DNA of 64,000 nucleotides from Anaerolineales bacterium. GTDB lineage: Bacteria; Chloroflexota; Anaerolineae; Anaerolineales; Villigracilaceae. Both the position numbers and the translations under genes were made by a program. The stretch spans positions 8,500-72,499 of the forward strand of contig JAGUZU010000087.1 in the NCBI GenBank assembly GCA_020060625.1. Reading direction: 5' to 3'. Shown here piece after piece: positions 9,755 through 16,861 of the stretch (its first letter is position 1; every line of letters starts with the position of its first letter). The notes beneath the pieces were generated by a model. The model was not told the origin of the DNA and did no database searches. It saw only the letters and a list, made by a program, of their open reading frames with translations.

Positions 9755-11121
9755 CACGCATACGCGCCGGACCAGGTCTCGAAGCGCCGCCCATCGTGTT
9801 CTTCCGGCGTGTAGAACGTGAGGTAGGTGAGCGCCTGGTACGGCACGAACTTTTGTTCCCTGGGGTTTTGAATGGCGAGGTCGTAATAGGAATGCCACGT
9901 GCCTGCGTTGAAATAGACCTGGCTTTCGGGGTTTGAGGCTGCAAAGGTCATTCCCAGCGGCACCACTTCGTAATGATGCGTATGCCCGTACACGATGTGC
10001 TGGGCTTTGCCGTTGAGGTAAAACGGCTCTTTCAACGCATAATTGGCGAAAGAATGTTTTCCGCCCCACATCTTCTTGCGCACCCAGATGACGACATCGT
10101 TGATGGTCGAGAAGGAGGCGCGCCCTGAGATCTTCACGATCAGTTCCATCGCGTCCACCACATCGAAGCGGAAGGCTTTATCCGCTTCGCGCACGAAATC
10201 CATTTGCAGAAATTCATCGGCGATCTCGTCCCAAACCTGCTTCAACTCATCCTCCAGCGGATGCTCGCCGGCGTAGTGGCGGATCTGTCCGCTGATCCAC
10301 AACGGCGCCGCCAGCACCGGGCGGATGTTGGCGATCTTGCGCAAACTGTCTATGATGCCGGAGGGCAGCAGGTCGCCGTACCGTTTTTGCACTTCCACCG
10401 GAAAGCGGTTGCAGACGTCCATGGTGAAGGCGTCGCCGACCGTGCCGTGGTCGCGTCCCTTTTCCTTATCGAAGTTGAACTTGTCGTACATGTCGCCGTG
10501 CCGCGCAAAGACTTTATGACGCTCGAACAACTCTTGCAGGAGCGGGGATTCATCCGCTTCATACGGGAACGGGGAGGCTGGGTTGCTCAACCCCATCCTT
10601 TGAATCATCTCGAGGCGGATTCTGTCGAAGGCTTCGCCTTTGAGGTGGTAATACCAATCGTGGTTGCCCACCATGTAATGGATGCGTACTTTGAGCGGAA
10701 TCTGCTCTGCGGTTTGGAAATCGGGCTTGCCGTCGCGGGTGGCGGGCGCGAGTTGAATCTTTTCTCCGCTGGCGAGGCGGCGCAGGATGTCCATGGCTTC
10801 CTGATTTTCATCGAGGATCGCGCGTGTGACTTCGAGAAGCTTGGGCGCATAATGCGGATTGGACGGATCGGACCAGGGTCGGATGTAGTTGGAATCTCCG
10901 GGGGTGGTATCCAGCCAGCGGGTGGAGTGAAGCGGGTCGAGGACGTCGCCCATCAGGAGGACATCGAGGTTTTCGATGGGGCGGTATTTTCCGTCCTTGC
11001 GAACGGATGCGAAGCGGGCGGTTTCGGTGAGGCGGCGCGCGAACAGCCGAAACGCGCTGGCGGAAATTGAATCGGCGGTGGTTCCGTCTCCAAGGTGAAG
11101 GTCGCTGACGATGACTAACAT
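9754..11121 (-). CDS. Calcineurin-like metallophosphoesterase (455 aa)
   Basis: VSDLHLGDG, LLMGDVLD, MVGNHDWY, VYGHTHH motifs in canonical order. Confidence 0.85.
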   Translation of the reverse strand: MLVIVSDLHLGDGTTADSISASAFRLFARRLTETARFASVRKDGKYRPIENLDVLLMGDVLDPLHSTRWLDTTPGDSNYIRPWSDPSNPHYAPKLLEVTRAILDENQEAMDILRRLASGEKIQLAPATRDGKPDFQTAEQIPLKVRIHYMVGNHDWYYHLKGEAFDRIRLEMIQRMGLSNPASPFPYEADESPLLQELFERHKVFARHGDMYDKFNFDKEKGRDHGTVGDAFTMDVCNRFPVEVQKRYGDLLPSGIIDSLRKIANIRPVLAAPLWISGQIRHYAGEHPLEDELKQVWDEIADEFLQMDFVREADKAFRFDVVDAMELIVKISGRASFSTINDVVIWVRKKMWGGKHSFANYALKEPFYLNGKAQHIVYGHTHHYEVVPLGMTFAASNPESQVYFNAGTWHSYYDLAIQNPREQKFVPYQALTYLTFYTPEEHDGRRFETWSGAYA

Positions 11122-11174
11122 GATTTCTCCTCGGCGTGAATTATAGCGCGATTGACTTGGCTGACCGCATGTTT

Positions 11175-11298
11175 GTTGGATGATAAGGAAAAGCCTTGTG
11201 GTGAGCGAAGCCGAACCATCCTCCCCGGGCAGGATTTCGACATTCCCTTCGGTCGCAACCTACCAGATTGGGAATTGGAAATCCGCGAAGCGGTATAA
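11175..11298 (+). pseudogene. Internal fragment of a TIR-domain gene (codons equivalent to WLDKEK...LLPGQDWELEIREAV), interrupted by short insertions
   Basis: Nucleotide and peptide similarity to 14752-14815 of the full-length TIR gene and to 12113-12212. No start codon of its own. Ends in TAA inside GGTATAAT. Confidence 0.7.
11194..11220 (+). repeat. 27-nt insert CCTTGTGGTGAGCGAAGCCGAACCATC inside TIR fragment (copy 1 of 2)
   Basis: Same insert at the same codon position in the fragment at 12135-12161 (2 mismatches). Absent from the full-length gene. Confidence 0.75.
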
Positions 11299-11304
11299 TT
11301 GTCA
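11292..11304 (+). promoter_or_regulatory. Conserved cassette left end GGTATAATTGTCA (contains a -10-like TATAAT)
   Basis: Identical 13-mer at 13090-13102, in both cases at the junction between a TIR fragment and the first cargo gene. Confidence 0.4.
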
Positions 11305-11322
11305 TTGTTCAGGAGAAAGACA

Positions 11323-11541
11323 ATGACTGTTTATCCACATCCATACACAAAAAAAATTTCCCAGGAAATCGAAAAGACACCAGATGAGTATTTGCCCGCC
11401 TTATTGGAAATGATTCGCCTGTTCCGTGAGACCGTGACACTTAAACCCGCCGACGAAAGTTTTGCGCAGGGCTGGAAAGAGGCGATGAACAACGAATTGC
11501 TCCCGCTCGATCAACTTTGGGAAGGGATAGATGCCCGATAG
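11323..11541 (+). CDS. Small hypothetical protein (72 aa), antitoxin-like, first gene of the hicBA cassette
   Basis: ATG at 11323 preceded by AGGAGA. No family recognised. Confidence 0.5.
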   Translation: MTVYPHPYTKKISQEIEKTPDEYLPALLEMIRLFRETVTLKPADESFAQGWKEAMNNELLPLDQLWEGIDAR

Positions 11542-11565
11542 CCTAAAGTGAAAAGAGGCAGTTTT

Positions 11566-11763
11566 ATGAAATACAAAATCCGACTCGAAGAAACAGACGA
11601 GGGCTTTGCCGTTTGGGTTCCTGGCTTGCCAGGTTGCTGGTCGCAGGGAGAGACGGAAGAGGAAGCCATCGAAAACATCAAGGACGCGATCAAAACATAT
11701 CTCGAAACCATTGAAATCTTGAACCAGAATGAGGAAACCCGCATTGTGGAGGTTCCAGTTTAA
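11566..11763 (+). CDS. hicB: HicB-family antitoxin
   Basis: MKYKIRLEETDEGFAVWVPGLPGCWSQGETEEEAIENIKDAI is the UPF0150/HicB N-terminal signature. Listed ORF starts at 11548. Confidence 0.8.
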   Translation: MKYKIRLEETDEGFAVWVPGLPGCWSQGETEEEAIENIKDAIKTYLETIEILNQNEETRIVEVPV

Positions 11764-11765
11764 TC

Positions 11766-11978
11766 ATGCCCAAATTGGCGGGAATTCCACACCAGCGGGC
11801 GGTAAAAGCATTCGAGAAAGCGGGGTTTCGCGTCATCCGCGAAGGGAAACATATCTCGATGGCAAAAGATGATCGTATTATCATCATCCCGCGCAATAAC
11901 CCGATCAACGCCTTCACCATGGGCGGAATTATCAAGGACGCGGGGTTGACCATCGACGAGTTCAAGAAATTGTTGTAA
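11766..11978 (+). CDS. hicA: HicA-family mRNA interferase toxin
   Basis: KAFEKAGFRVIREGKHISM...IIPRNNPI...IIKDAGLTIDEFKKLL matches the YcfA/HicA pattern. Starts 2 nt after hicB. Confidence 0.8.
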   Translation: MPKLAGIPHQRAVKAFEKAGFRVIREGKHISMAKDDRIIIIPRNNPINAFTMGGIIKDAGLTIDEFKKLL

Positions 11979-11980
11979 CT

Positions 11981-12212
11981 ATGACAACAGATAAACGCCC
12001 CCTCAAAGTCTTCCTGTGCCATATTATCCCCTTGTGGGACGCCCACGCGGACCGTGACGCCGTCCGCGCACTGCCGTAGGACGCGCCTGACGGACGATGG
12101 CGTGGACCGCTTCGCGTGGCTGGACAAAGAGAAACCTTGTGGTGAGCGCAGTCGAACCATCCCCGGCGCGGACTGGGAATTGGAAATCAAAAAAGCCGTG
12201 CGCGAAAAGTGA
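11981..12212 (+). pseudogene. Decayed 5' part of a TIR-domain gene (MTTDKRPLKVFLCH ... WLDKEK ... DWELEIKKAVRE)
   Basis: Own ATG. A roughly 18-nt insertion after CH, a premature TAG, a frame change and the 27-nt insert. Collinear with codons 1 to about 65 of the full-length gene. Confidence 0.75.
12135..12161 (+). repeat. 27-nt insert CCTTGTGGTGAGCGCAGTCGAACCATC inside TIR fragment (copy 2 of 2)
   Basis: See 11194-11220. Confidence 0.75.
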
Positions 12213-12225
12213 GTATAATAAAACC

Positions 12226-12489
12226 ATGACCACTTATACGCGAAAACGCCCCACGTACAAAACGGCTTTGGAACTGGCTCGCCAATTATCTCTGCGGGAC
12301 CAGCGGCGTTTGCGCGCGGAACTGGCAAGATTGTCTTCAACCAGATTCGTGCGTCCGTCCCGTGATCCCAAGGTCAGGCGTTCTGCGCTTCTGCTTGCAA
12401 ACGAGATACGAAAAACAGTGCAGTCTGCCACGGCAAAACAATCGCTTGATGATGGGATGCGCCAATTGCGGGGACGTTCATGGTCGTGA
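12226..12489 (+). CDS. Putative antitoxin (87 aa, basic) partnered with the following PIN gene
   Basis: ATG at 12226. 10-nt overlap with the PIN gene. No family recognised. The listed ORF 12097 start runs through the TIR fragment. Confidence 0.5.
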   Translation: MTTYTRKRPTYKTALELARQLSLRDQRRLRAELARLSSTRFVRPSRDPKVRRSALLLANEIRKTVQSATAKQSLDDGMRQLRGRSWS

Positions 12490-12935
12490 TCGACTCGGAT
12501 GTATTGCTTCTGGCTTTTGCATACCCCAACGATGACCGCCAGAGTGTAAATTTGAAATTTCTTGAAGCCGTTCAAACTGCCCAGCCTGCCACCACGATCT
12601 ACAACGTGATGGAAGTCCTTGGGCAGTTGTCTTTTAATCTTTCGGAAGAACAATTGGAAGGCTGGCAGGATTGGCTTGTCAATGCCTACAATCTGACCGT
12701 TATCTGGGACGCCGACTCAAAAGAGAAAATTGACCCTGAAACGTGGCGCGAAATCATTTACGAGCGTCCATTTCAGAAAATGCGAAGTGCCCGCATGGCG
12801 TTCATGGATGCCTTGATTATTTCGGCTACGGAATATGCTCCAGATGTGGATTGTTTCGTGACGTGGAATGCCAAACACTTCAAAGGAAAAACGGATTTAA
12901 CGGTTTTGACCCCCGAAGAATATTTGGCAAGATAG
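12480..12935 (+). CDS. PIN-domain ribonuclease toxin (VapC-like)
   Basis: Acidic quartet candidates VIDSDVLL, NVMEVL, FMDALI, TWNAKHF. Confidence 0.7.
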   Translation: MVVIDSDVLLLAFAYPNDDRQSVNLKFLEAVQTAQPATTIYNVMEVLGQLSFNLSEEQLEGWQDWLVNAYNLTVIWDADSKEKIDPETWREIIYERPFQKMRSARMAFMDALIISATEYAPDVDCFVTWNAKHFKGKTDLTVLTPEEYLAR

Positions 12936-12963
12936 TTTTCATTACCACCAAAACGGGACGGAT

Positions 12964-13074
12964 ATGACCGAGACCAAGCGACCTCTGAAAGTATTTTTAT
13001 GCCACGCCCACGCGGACCGGGACGCCGTCCGCGCACTATACACGCGCCTGACGGACGATGGCGTGGACGCATAA
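12964..13074 (+). pseudogene. 36-codon 5' stub of a TIR-domain gene (MTETKRPLKVFLCHAHADRDAVRALYTRLTDDGVDA-stop)
   Basis: About 87 percent identical by eye to the stub at 13840-13950, including about 14 nt upstream (AAAACGGGACGGAT). Stop codon sits where the intact gene continues with TGG. Confidence 0.8.
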
Positions 13075-13089
13075 CCCCATAATTTGGGC

Positions 13090-13102
13090 GGTATAATTGT
13101 CA
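13090..13102 (+). promoter_or_regulatory. Conserved cassette left end GGTATAATTGTCA (second copy)
   Basis: Identical to 11292-11304. 11 nt upstream of the PIN gene ATG. Confidence 0.4.
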
Positions 13103-13113
13103 CTGGAATTCAA

Positions 13114-13557
13114 ATGACCAAAATCTATCTCGATACATGCTGTCTTAATCGCCCATTCGATGACCAAACTCAAGAGAGGATTCGTCTTGAGGCGGAAGCA
13201 GTATTGGCAATTCTGTCTCGAATTGAAAAAGGTGACTGGGATTGGGTTGGAAGCGATGTATTGACTGACGAGATCGAACAGACGCCAGACACTCAAAAAT
13301 TAAGCCGCTCAAAATTGCTGTCAGGTTTCATTGATGAAAATGTGGAGATCGGCGAAAAAGAAATCAAGCGAGCGGCAGAATTACAGAAAGCAGGCTTTCA
13401 AATCTTCGATGCCTTGCATCTTGCCTCTGCTGAAAGCGCAAACGCGGACGTTTTTCTTTCGACCGATGACCGCCTGTTGAAACTGGCGAAACGAATATCG
13501 AAACGATTGAAAATACGAGTAATGAACCCTCTTGCCTGGGTAGAGGAGATGATCTGA
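13114..13557 (+). CDS. PIN-domain toxin
   Basis: IYLDTCCLNRPFDD, FDALHLASAE, FLSTDDRL motifs. ATG at 13114 (listed ORF from 13084). Confidence 0.7.
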   Translation: MTKIYLDTCCLNRPFDDQTQERIRLEAEAVLAILSRIEKGDWDWVGSDVLTDEIEQTPDTQKLSRSKLLSGFIDENVEIGEKEIKRAAELQKAGFQIFDALHLASAESANADVFLSTDDRLLKLAKRISKRLKIRVMNPLAWVEEMI

Positions 13558-13778
13558 TGAATGCACAAACAATGTCTCTTGAACAAATCCGCATCGCTGG
13601 CATGGAAGCGCTGGCGCGTGAACTTGGTATTGTGGGTATGGTGCGCTTCCTCCAGCAATTTGAAACGGGACACGGCGACTACTCCAAAGATCGCCACAAA
13701 TGGCTCGACGACCAAGACTTGGATACCATTGTCAAGCGGATTCAAGAGAAAAGGGAAACCAACAAGAAAGCGAAATAA
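13557..13778 (+). CDS. Putative antitoxin (73 aa) overlapping the PIN gene stop (TGATGA)
   Basis: Start overlaps upstream stop. Small helical protein (LEQIRIAGMEALARELGIVGMVRFLQQFETGHGDYSKDR). Family not identified with certainty. Confidence 0.55.
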   Translation: MNAQTMSLEQIRIAGMEALARELGIVGMVRFLQQFETGHGDYSKDRHKWLDDQDLDTIVKRIQEKRETNKKAK

Positions 13779-13839
13779 CCTGAAACGGCGCGTTCCTTGT
13801 GGTGGCGCGTCGTTTTTCATTCACTAAAACGGGACGGAT

Positions 13840-13950
13840 ATGACCGAAGCCAAGCGACCATTGAAGGTATTTTTATGCCATGCCCACGCGGACCGGGACG
13901 CCGTCCGCGCACTGTACACGCGGCTGACAAACGATGATATGGACGCGTGA
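13840..13950 (+). pseudogene. 36-codon 5' stub of a TIR-domain gene (MTEAKRPLKVFLCHAHADRDAVRALYTRLTNDDMDA-stop)
   Basis: Direct repeat of 12964-13074. Breaks at exactly the same codon. Confidence 0.8.
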
Positions 13951-13965
13951 CAAAAAGGCGGAATT

Positions 13966-14583
13966 ATGAATTGGGCAGATGAAAACCAGGAGTGGAAAAG
14001 ACAGCAGGAACAAAAGGTAAAGACAAAAGAATCGCGAGAAAAATTTAAAGCAGCTTCTGGCAATACTGCTGAATGGAATCGCGTATACAAAAATTATCTT
14101 TCTTCTCAAATCTGGCGAGAAATAAAGAGAAGGAAATTCAAACAAGTGGGGTATAAATGTGAAAGATGTGGAGCCGAATATATTAATGAGGCTGGATTGC
14201 AAGTTCATCATCTAAACTATGATCGCGTAGGTGGGCTTGAAAGGGATGGCGATCTTCAAATTGTTTGTGCAGGGGAATGTCACGAAGACGCCGATGAAGA
14301 ACGGGTTGAATCTGAGAGAAGATACGCAGAATATGAGCGTTGGTTTGAAAATTGGGGTACAAAAGTATATAAAGATGAGTGGGCAATGAAGAAATATGAT
14401 GATGAAATGCAAATGCGTGAAGAGTTTTGTGAATACGCCTATAAAATATGGTGTAAAAAGAACAACAAGGCTTATCGGTCTTATTTGAAAATCCCTGATG
14501 AATTTGTTGAATTGCTGGAGAGTGGCTTGTATGATGAATACGAAGAAGAATCTTATGATGACGATTTTTCTTGGTATAGGTAA
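13966..14583 (+). CDS. HNH-endonuclease-like protein with acidic C-terminal tail
   Basis: YLSSQIWREIKRRKF..CERCG...LQVHHLNYDRVGGLERDGDLQIVCAGECH is the phage-type HNH layout (CxxC ... HH ... CxxCH). Visibly AT-rich. Confidence 0.65.
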   Translation: MNWADENQEWKRQQEQKVKTKESREKFKAASGNTAEWNRVYKNYLSSQIWREIKRRKFKQVGYKCERCGAEYINEAGLQVHHLNYDRVGGLERDGDLQIVCAGECHEDADEERVESERRYAEYERWFENWGTKVYKDEWAMKKYDDEMQMREEFCEYAYKIWCKKNNKAYRSYLKIPDEFVELLESGLYDEYEEESYDDDFSWYR

Positions 14584-14644
14584 TCAACTAGAAAACTTCT
14601 TTTCAGTTGTATAATTTCGTTACTCCTTAGCGGGAAACCTCCCT

Positions 14645-15825
14645 ATGCCCGAACCCAAGCGCCCCCCCTCAAAGTCTTTCTCTGCCACGCACACAGCGAC
14701 AAAAATGCAGTGCGCTCTTTATATTCGCGTCTTAAGCGGGAAGGTGTTGACGCCTGGCTTGATAAGGAAAAGCTTCTTCCAGGTGCAGATTGGGAATATG
14801 AAATTCGCAAGGCTGTACGTGAAGCAGATGTAGTGGTGGTTTGCCTCTCAAAGCAGTTCAACCAAGCGGGGTTTCGACAGAAAGAAGTACGCCTTGCCCT
14901 TGATACCGCCATGGAAAAACCCGAAGGCGAGATTTTTATCATCCCTGCGCGCTTGGAGGAATGTGACAATCTCGAAAGCCTGAGAAAATGGCATTGGGTG
15001 GATTTATTTGAATCAGACGGTTATCAAAGCCTTGCGAGTACATTGAAAGCGCAGGCAGAGAAAGTCGGTGTAACCTTACAGATGAAACGTTCCAGAAAAT
15101 CGAAACCTATTGTGCAACTGCAGAAGAAACAGGGCATTTCAGAAAAAGCGATTTCATCAAGTGGCGTGGGGATTGGTGATGGAGTGTCTGAAAGTGTAAT
15201 TGTTACAGGTCATGGAAACGTTATCAATTTTGGCAATTCTGTGAGTTTTCCACCTTCCGAGAAACCAGAACAAGGCTCTGTTAAAACGAACTTGCATATT
15301 CAGTGGGTACCAACGGATGAATTGTATGATGGAAAGCCATACATAAGTATTGACATAACAAACAGGGAAAATCGCCTTGTCAGATGTCGTTGCTATATCA
15401 AGTCTTTGGGGCTAAACGGAATTACCCGTGACGACATAAAGCACGAAATTGTAAAGCATACAAATCGAGTTTCGTGGTCAGGTGGTTCAGATGAGGAAGT
15501 AGGAATTAAACATATTGATCCAAGGGGCTTCGGGAGAATAAATTTGGCGTCTTTGGACTCCCAAGATTTTATTCGGCGTCCTTTGCAGTTTGAAACCGCA
15601 AAGGGTGCTCAATTCAAAGACAAAGATGGTAGATACTTACCGTTTGGGAGATACATGGTTGAACTTGGATTGGCTTGTAGCGCTGATGGGAGAGATTTTA
15701 CGGAGATACCCATCAAGATAGGATTTGAATATATTGAGGAAAGAGTTCCCTTTGAGGATGATAGAATAAAAAACGGAATAACGATAAATAGAGTATTACG
15801 TCTTTTGGAAATAAAGCCAAAATAA
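14645..15825 (+). CDS. TIR-domain protein with uncharacterised beta-rich C-terminal domain. Reading frame broken in a C7 tract (14662-14668)
   Basis: ATG 14645 (MPEPKRPP) is in frame 2. The TIR core PLKVFLCHAHSDKNAVRSLYSRLKREGVDAWLDKEKLLPGADWEYEIRKAVREADVVVVCLSKQ...FRQKEVRLAL is in frame 1. The ORF track therefore splits it into 14645..14833 and 14710..15825. All fragment copies carry C5 at this position. Confidence 0.75.
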
Positions 15826-15852
15826 TTTGGTGAGACGATAAATCAGTAAAGC

Positions 15853-15933
15853 ATGGATACTAACAAACGCCCCCTCAAAGTCTTCTGCCACGCCCACGCG
15901 GACAAGCCGAAGGTGATGGAACTCCAGCTTTGA
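15853..15933 (+). pseudogene. 26-codon stub of a TIR gene 5' end (MDTNKRPLKVF-CHAHADKPK...)
   Basis: 21-nt identity AAACGCCCCCTCAAAGTCTTC with the fragment at 11991. One codon deleted, then diverges. Confidence 0.65.
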
Positions 15934-16006
15934 ACCGCAACTCAGATGGAGAATGGACTCAACCCCATTCTCCATCTTCCATTACCCATCAGTTATAATC
16001 CCCCCG

Positions 16007-16046
16007 CAACTTCAAACTGAATACTGACCACTGGTTACTCAAAACT
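16007..16046 (+). repeat. Heptamer array (nnACTnn) x6 forming the leader of the orphan glyQS 5' copy
   Basis: caacttc aaactga atactga ccactgg ttactca aaactat: strict 7-nt phasing of ACT, running into the ATG at 16047. Confidence 0.7.
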
Positions 16047-16108
16047 ATGCCTTCCTCTTTCCAATCCATCATCCTCAACCTCCAAGACTTCTGGGCATCG
16101 CACGGATG
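16047..16108 (+). pseudogene. Orphan 5' end of glyQS ([20 protein letters not shown])
   Basis: Collinear with 16904-16975 of the intact glyQS ([22 protein letters not shown]). Homology stops at CACGGATG, 2 nt before the vapC stop codon. Confidence 0.85.
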
Positions 16109-16110
16109 GG

Positions 16111-16515
16111 TTACATCGCTCTTAACAGATCAATGAATTCGCGCGCAGTGATGATGGGGATTTCTCTGAACGAGCTGATTTCCAGCAGGTGATTATCCCC
16201 GCTGACAACGTAATTTACTTTCCCAGCCACTGCCGCTTCGAGAAATTTATTATCTGTGGGGTCAGCCACGATGACAAGAATTTCCTCTTCTGGCGTAACG
16301 AACTCGGCGATTCGCAAAAGATAATCGGTGGCGGCAATAATTTCGCTTTTCGGGATTTTGAATTTTGGGCGATTGATAACATCCAGATATTCATGTGCAA
16401 CCGCTTCTGTCACAATCAGTTTGAATTTCCCCGCTTTCCATTCGTCAATGATTACGCCCAATCTTCCGCCCAACGTGGCGGAAATAAAAATATTTGTATC
16501 CAAAACCACGCGCAT
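16111..16515 (-). CDS. vapC: PIN-domain toxin VapC
   Basis: VVLDTNIFISA, TEAVAHEY, VADPTDNKFLEAAV, VSGDNHLL motifs. AT-rich. Confidence 0.8.
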   Translation of the reverse strand: MRVVLDTNIFISATLGGRLGVIIDEWKAGKFKLIVTEAVAHEYLDVINRPKFKIPKSEIIAATDYLLRIAEFVTPEEEILVIVADPTDNKFLEAAVAGKVNYVVSGDNHLLEISSFREIPIITAREFIDLLRAM

Positions 16516-16748
16516 TATTTGCCGTCCCGTACCGCGCGGATTTCGGCCTCTATGTCTTCATCGGTAATGTTCATTTCTTGCGCCCGCGCGCGTATGGATT
16601 TCAAGGCTTTATCGAAGCGTTCTTCCAGTTCTTTTTCTTCGGTTGGAATGCTTAATTTTAAGTAGCGAATAAAAGCCAGCACGTCTGCATAACGGGTTTC
16701 TGGCAACGTGGAAATTTCAAGCATGATGGTTTGTTCTAAATTGGTCAT
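16515..16748 (-). CDS. Antitoxin partner of VapC (77 aa)
   Basis: Stop overlaps the vapC start by 1 nt. Small acidic helical protein. Confidence 0.6.
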   Translation of the reverse strand: MTNLEQTIMLEISTLPETRYADVLAFIRYLKLSIPTEEKELEERFDKALKSIRARAQEMNITDEDIEAEIRAVRDGK

Positions 16749-16852
16749 GTTTCACCTCGTTAAAATTATTATACCTGCAATAAATGCCCTCGAAACAGAA
16801 CCAATTTCCACCGTCGCGTGAAACGCAAATCTTCCATCACCTTTCCATCAGT

Positions 16853-16858
16853 TATAAT
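16853..16858 (+). promoter_or_regulatory. -10 hexamer TATAAT of glyQS (duplicate copy at 15994-15999)
   Basis: CATCAGTTATAATCCC block conserved in both glyQS upstream copies, about 45 nt before each ATG. Confidence 0.45.
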
Positions 16859-16861
16859 CCC

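Noticed and set aside
9755-10069. N-terminal 105-codon extension of the flavoprotein ORF (8570..10069)
   Set aside because: Extension overlaps the 3' end of the metallophosphoesterase gene in another frame and is Arg/Pro-rich. The GxGxxG motif begins right after the internal ATG that is coupled to the upstream stop.
11175-16108. Possible CRISPR array or integron (regularly repeated short sequences with unique DNA between)
   Set aside because: The repeats are 80-230 nt coding fragments of unequal length, 0.6-1 kb apart, and are not 25-40-nt identical units. No cas genes and no intI. The fragments lack the attC R'/R'' cores (GTTRRRY). Internal palindromes (CGCGGAC...GTCCGCG, CCACGCC...GGCGTGG) are explainable by repeated GAC/CGC codons.
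16189-16665. 158-aa plus-strand ORF across the vapBC cassette
   Set aside because: Antisense to two genes with clear PIN and antitoxin features. Low-complexity Phe/Ile/Asn-rich product of AT-rich DNA.
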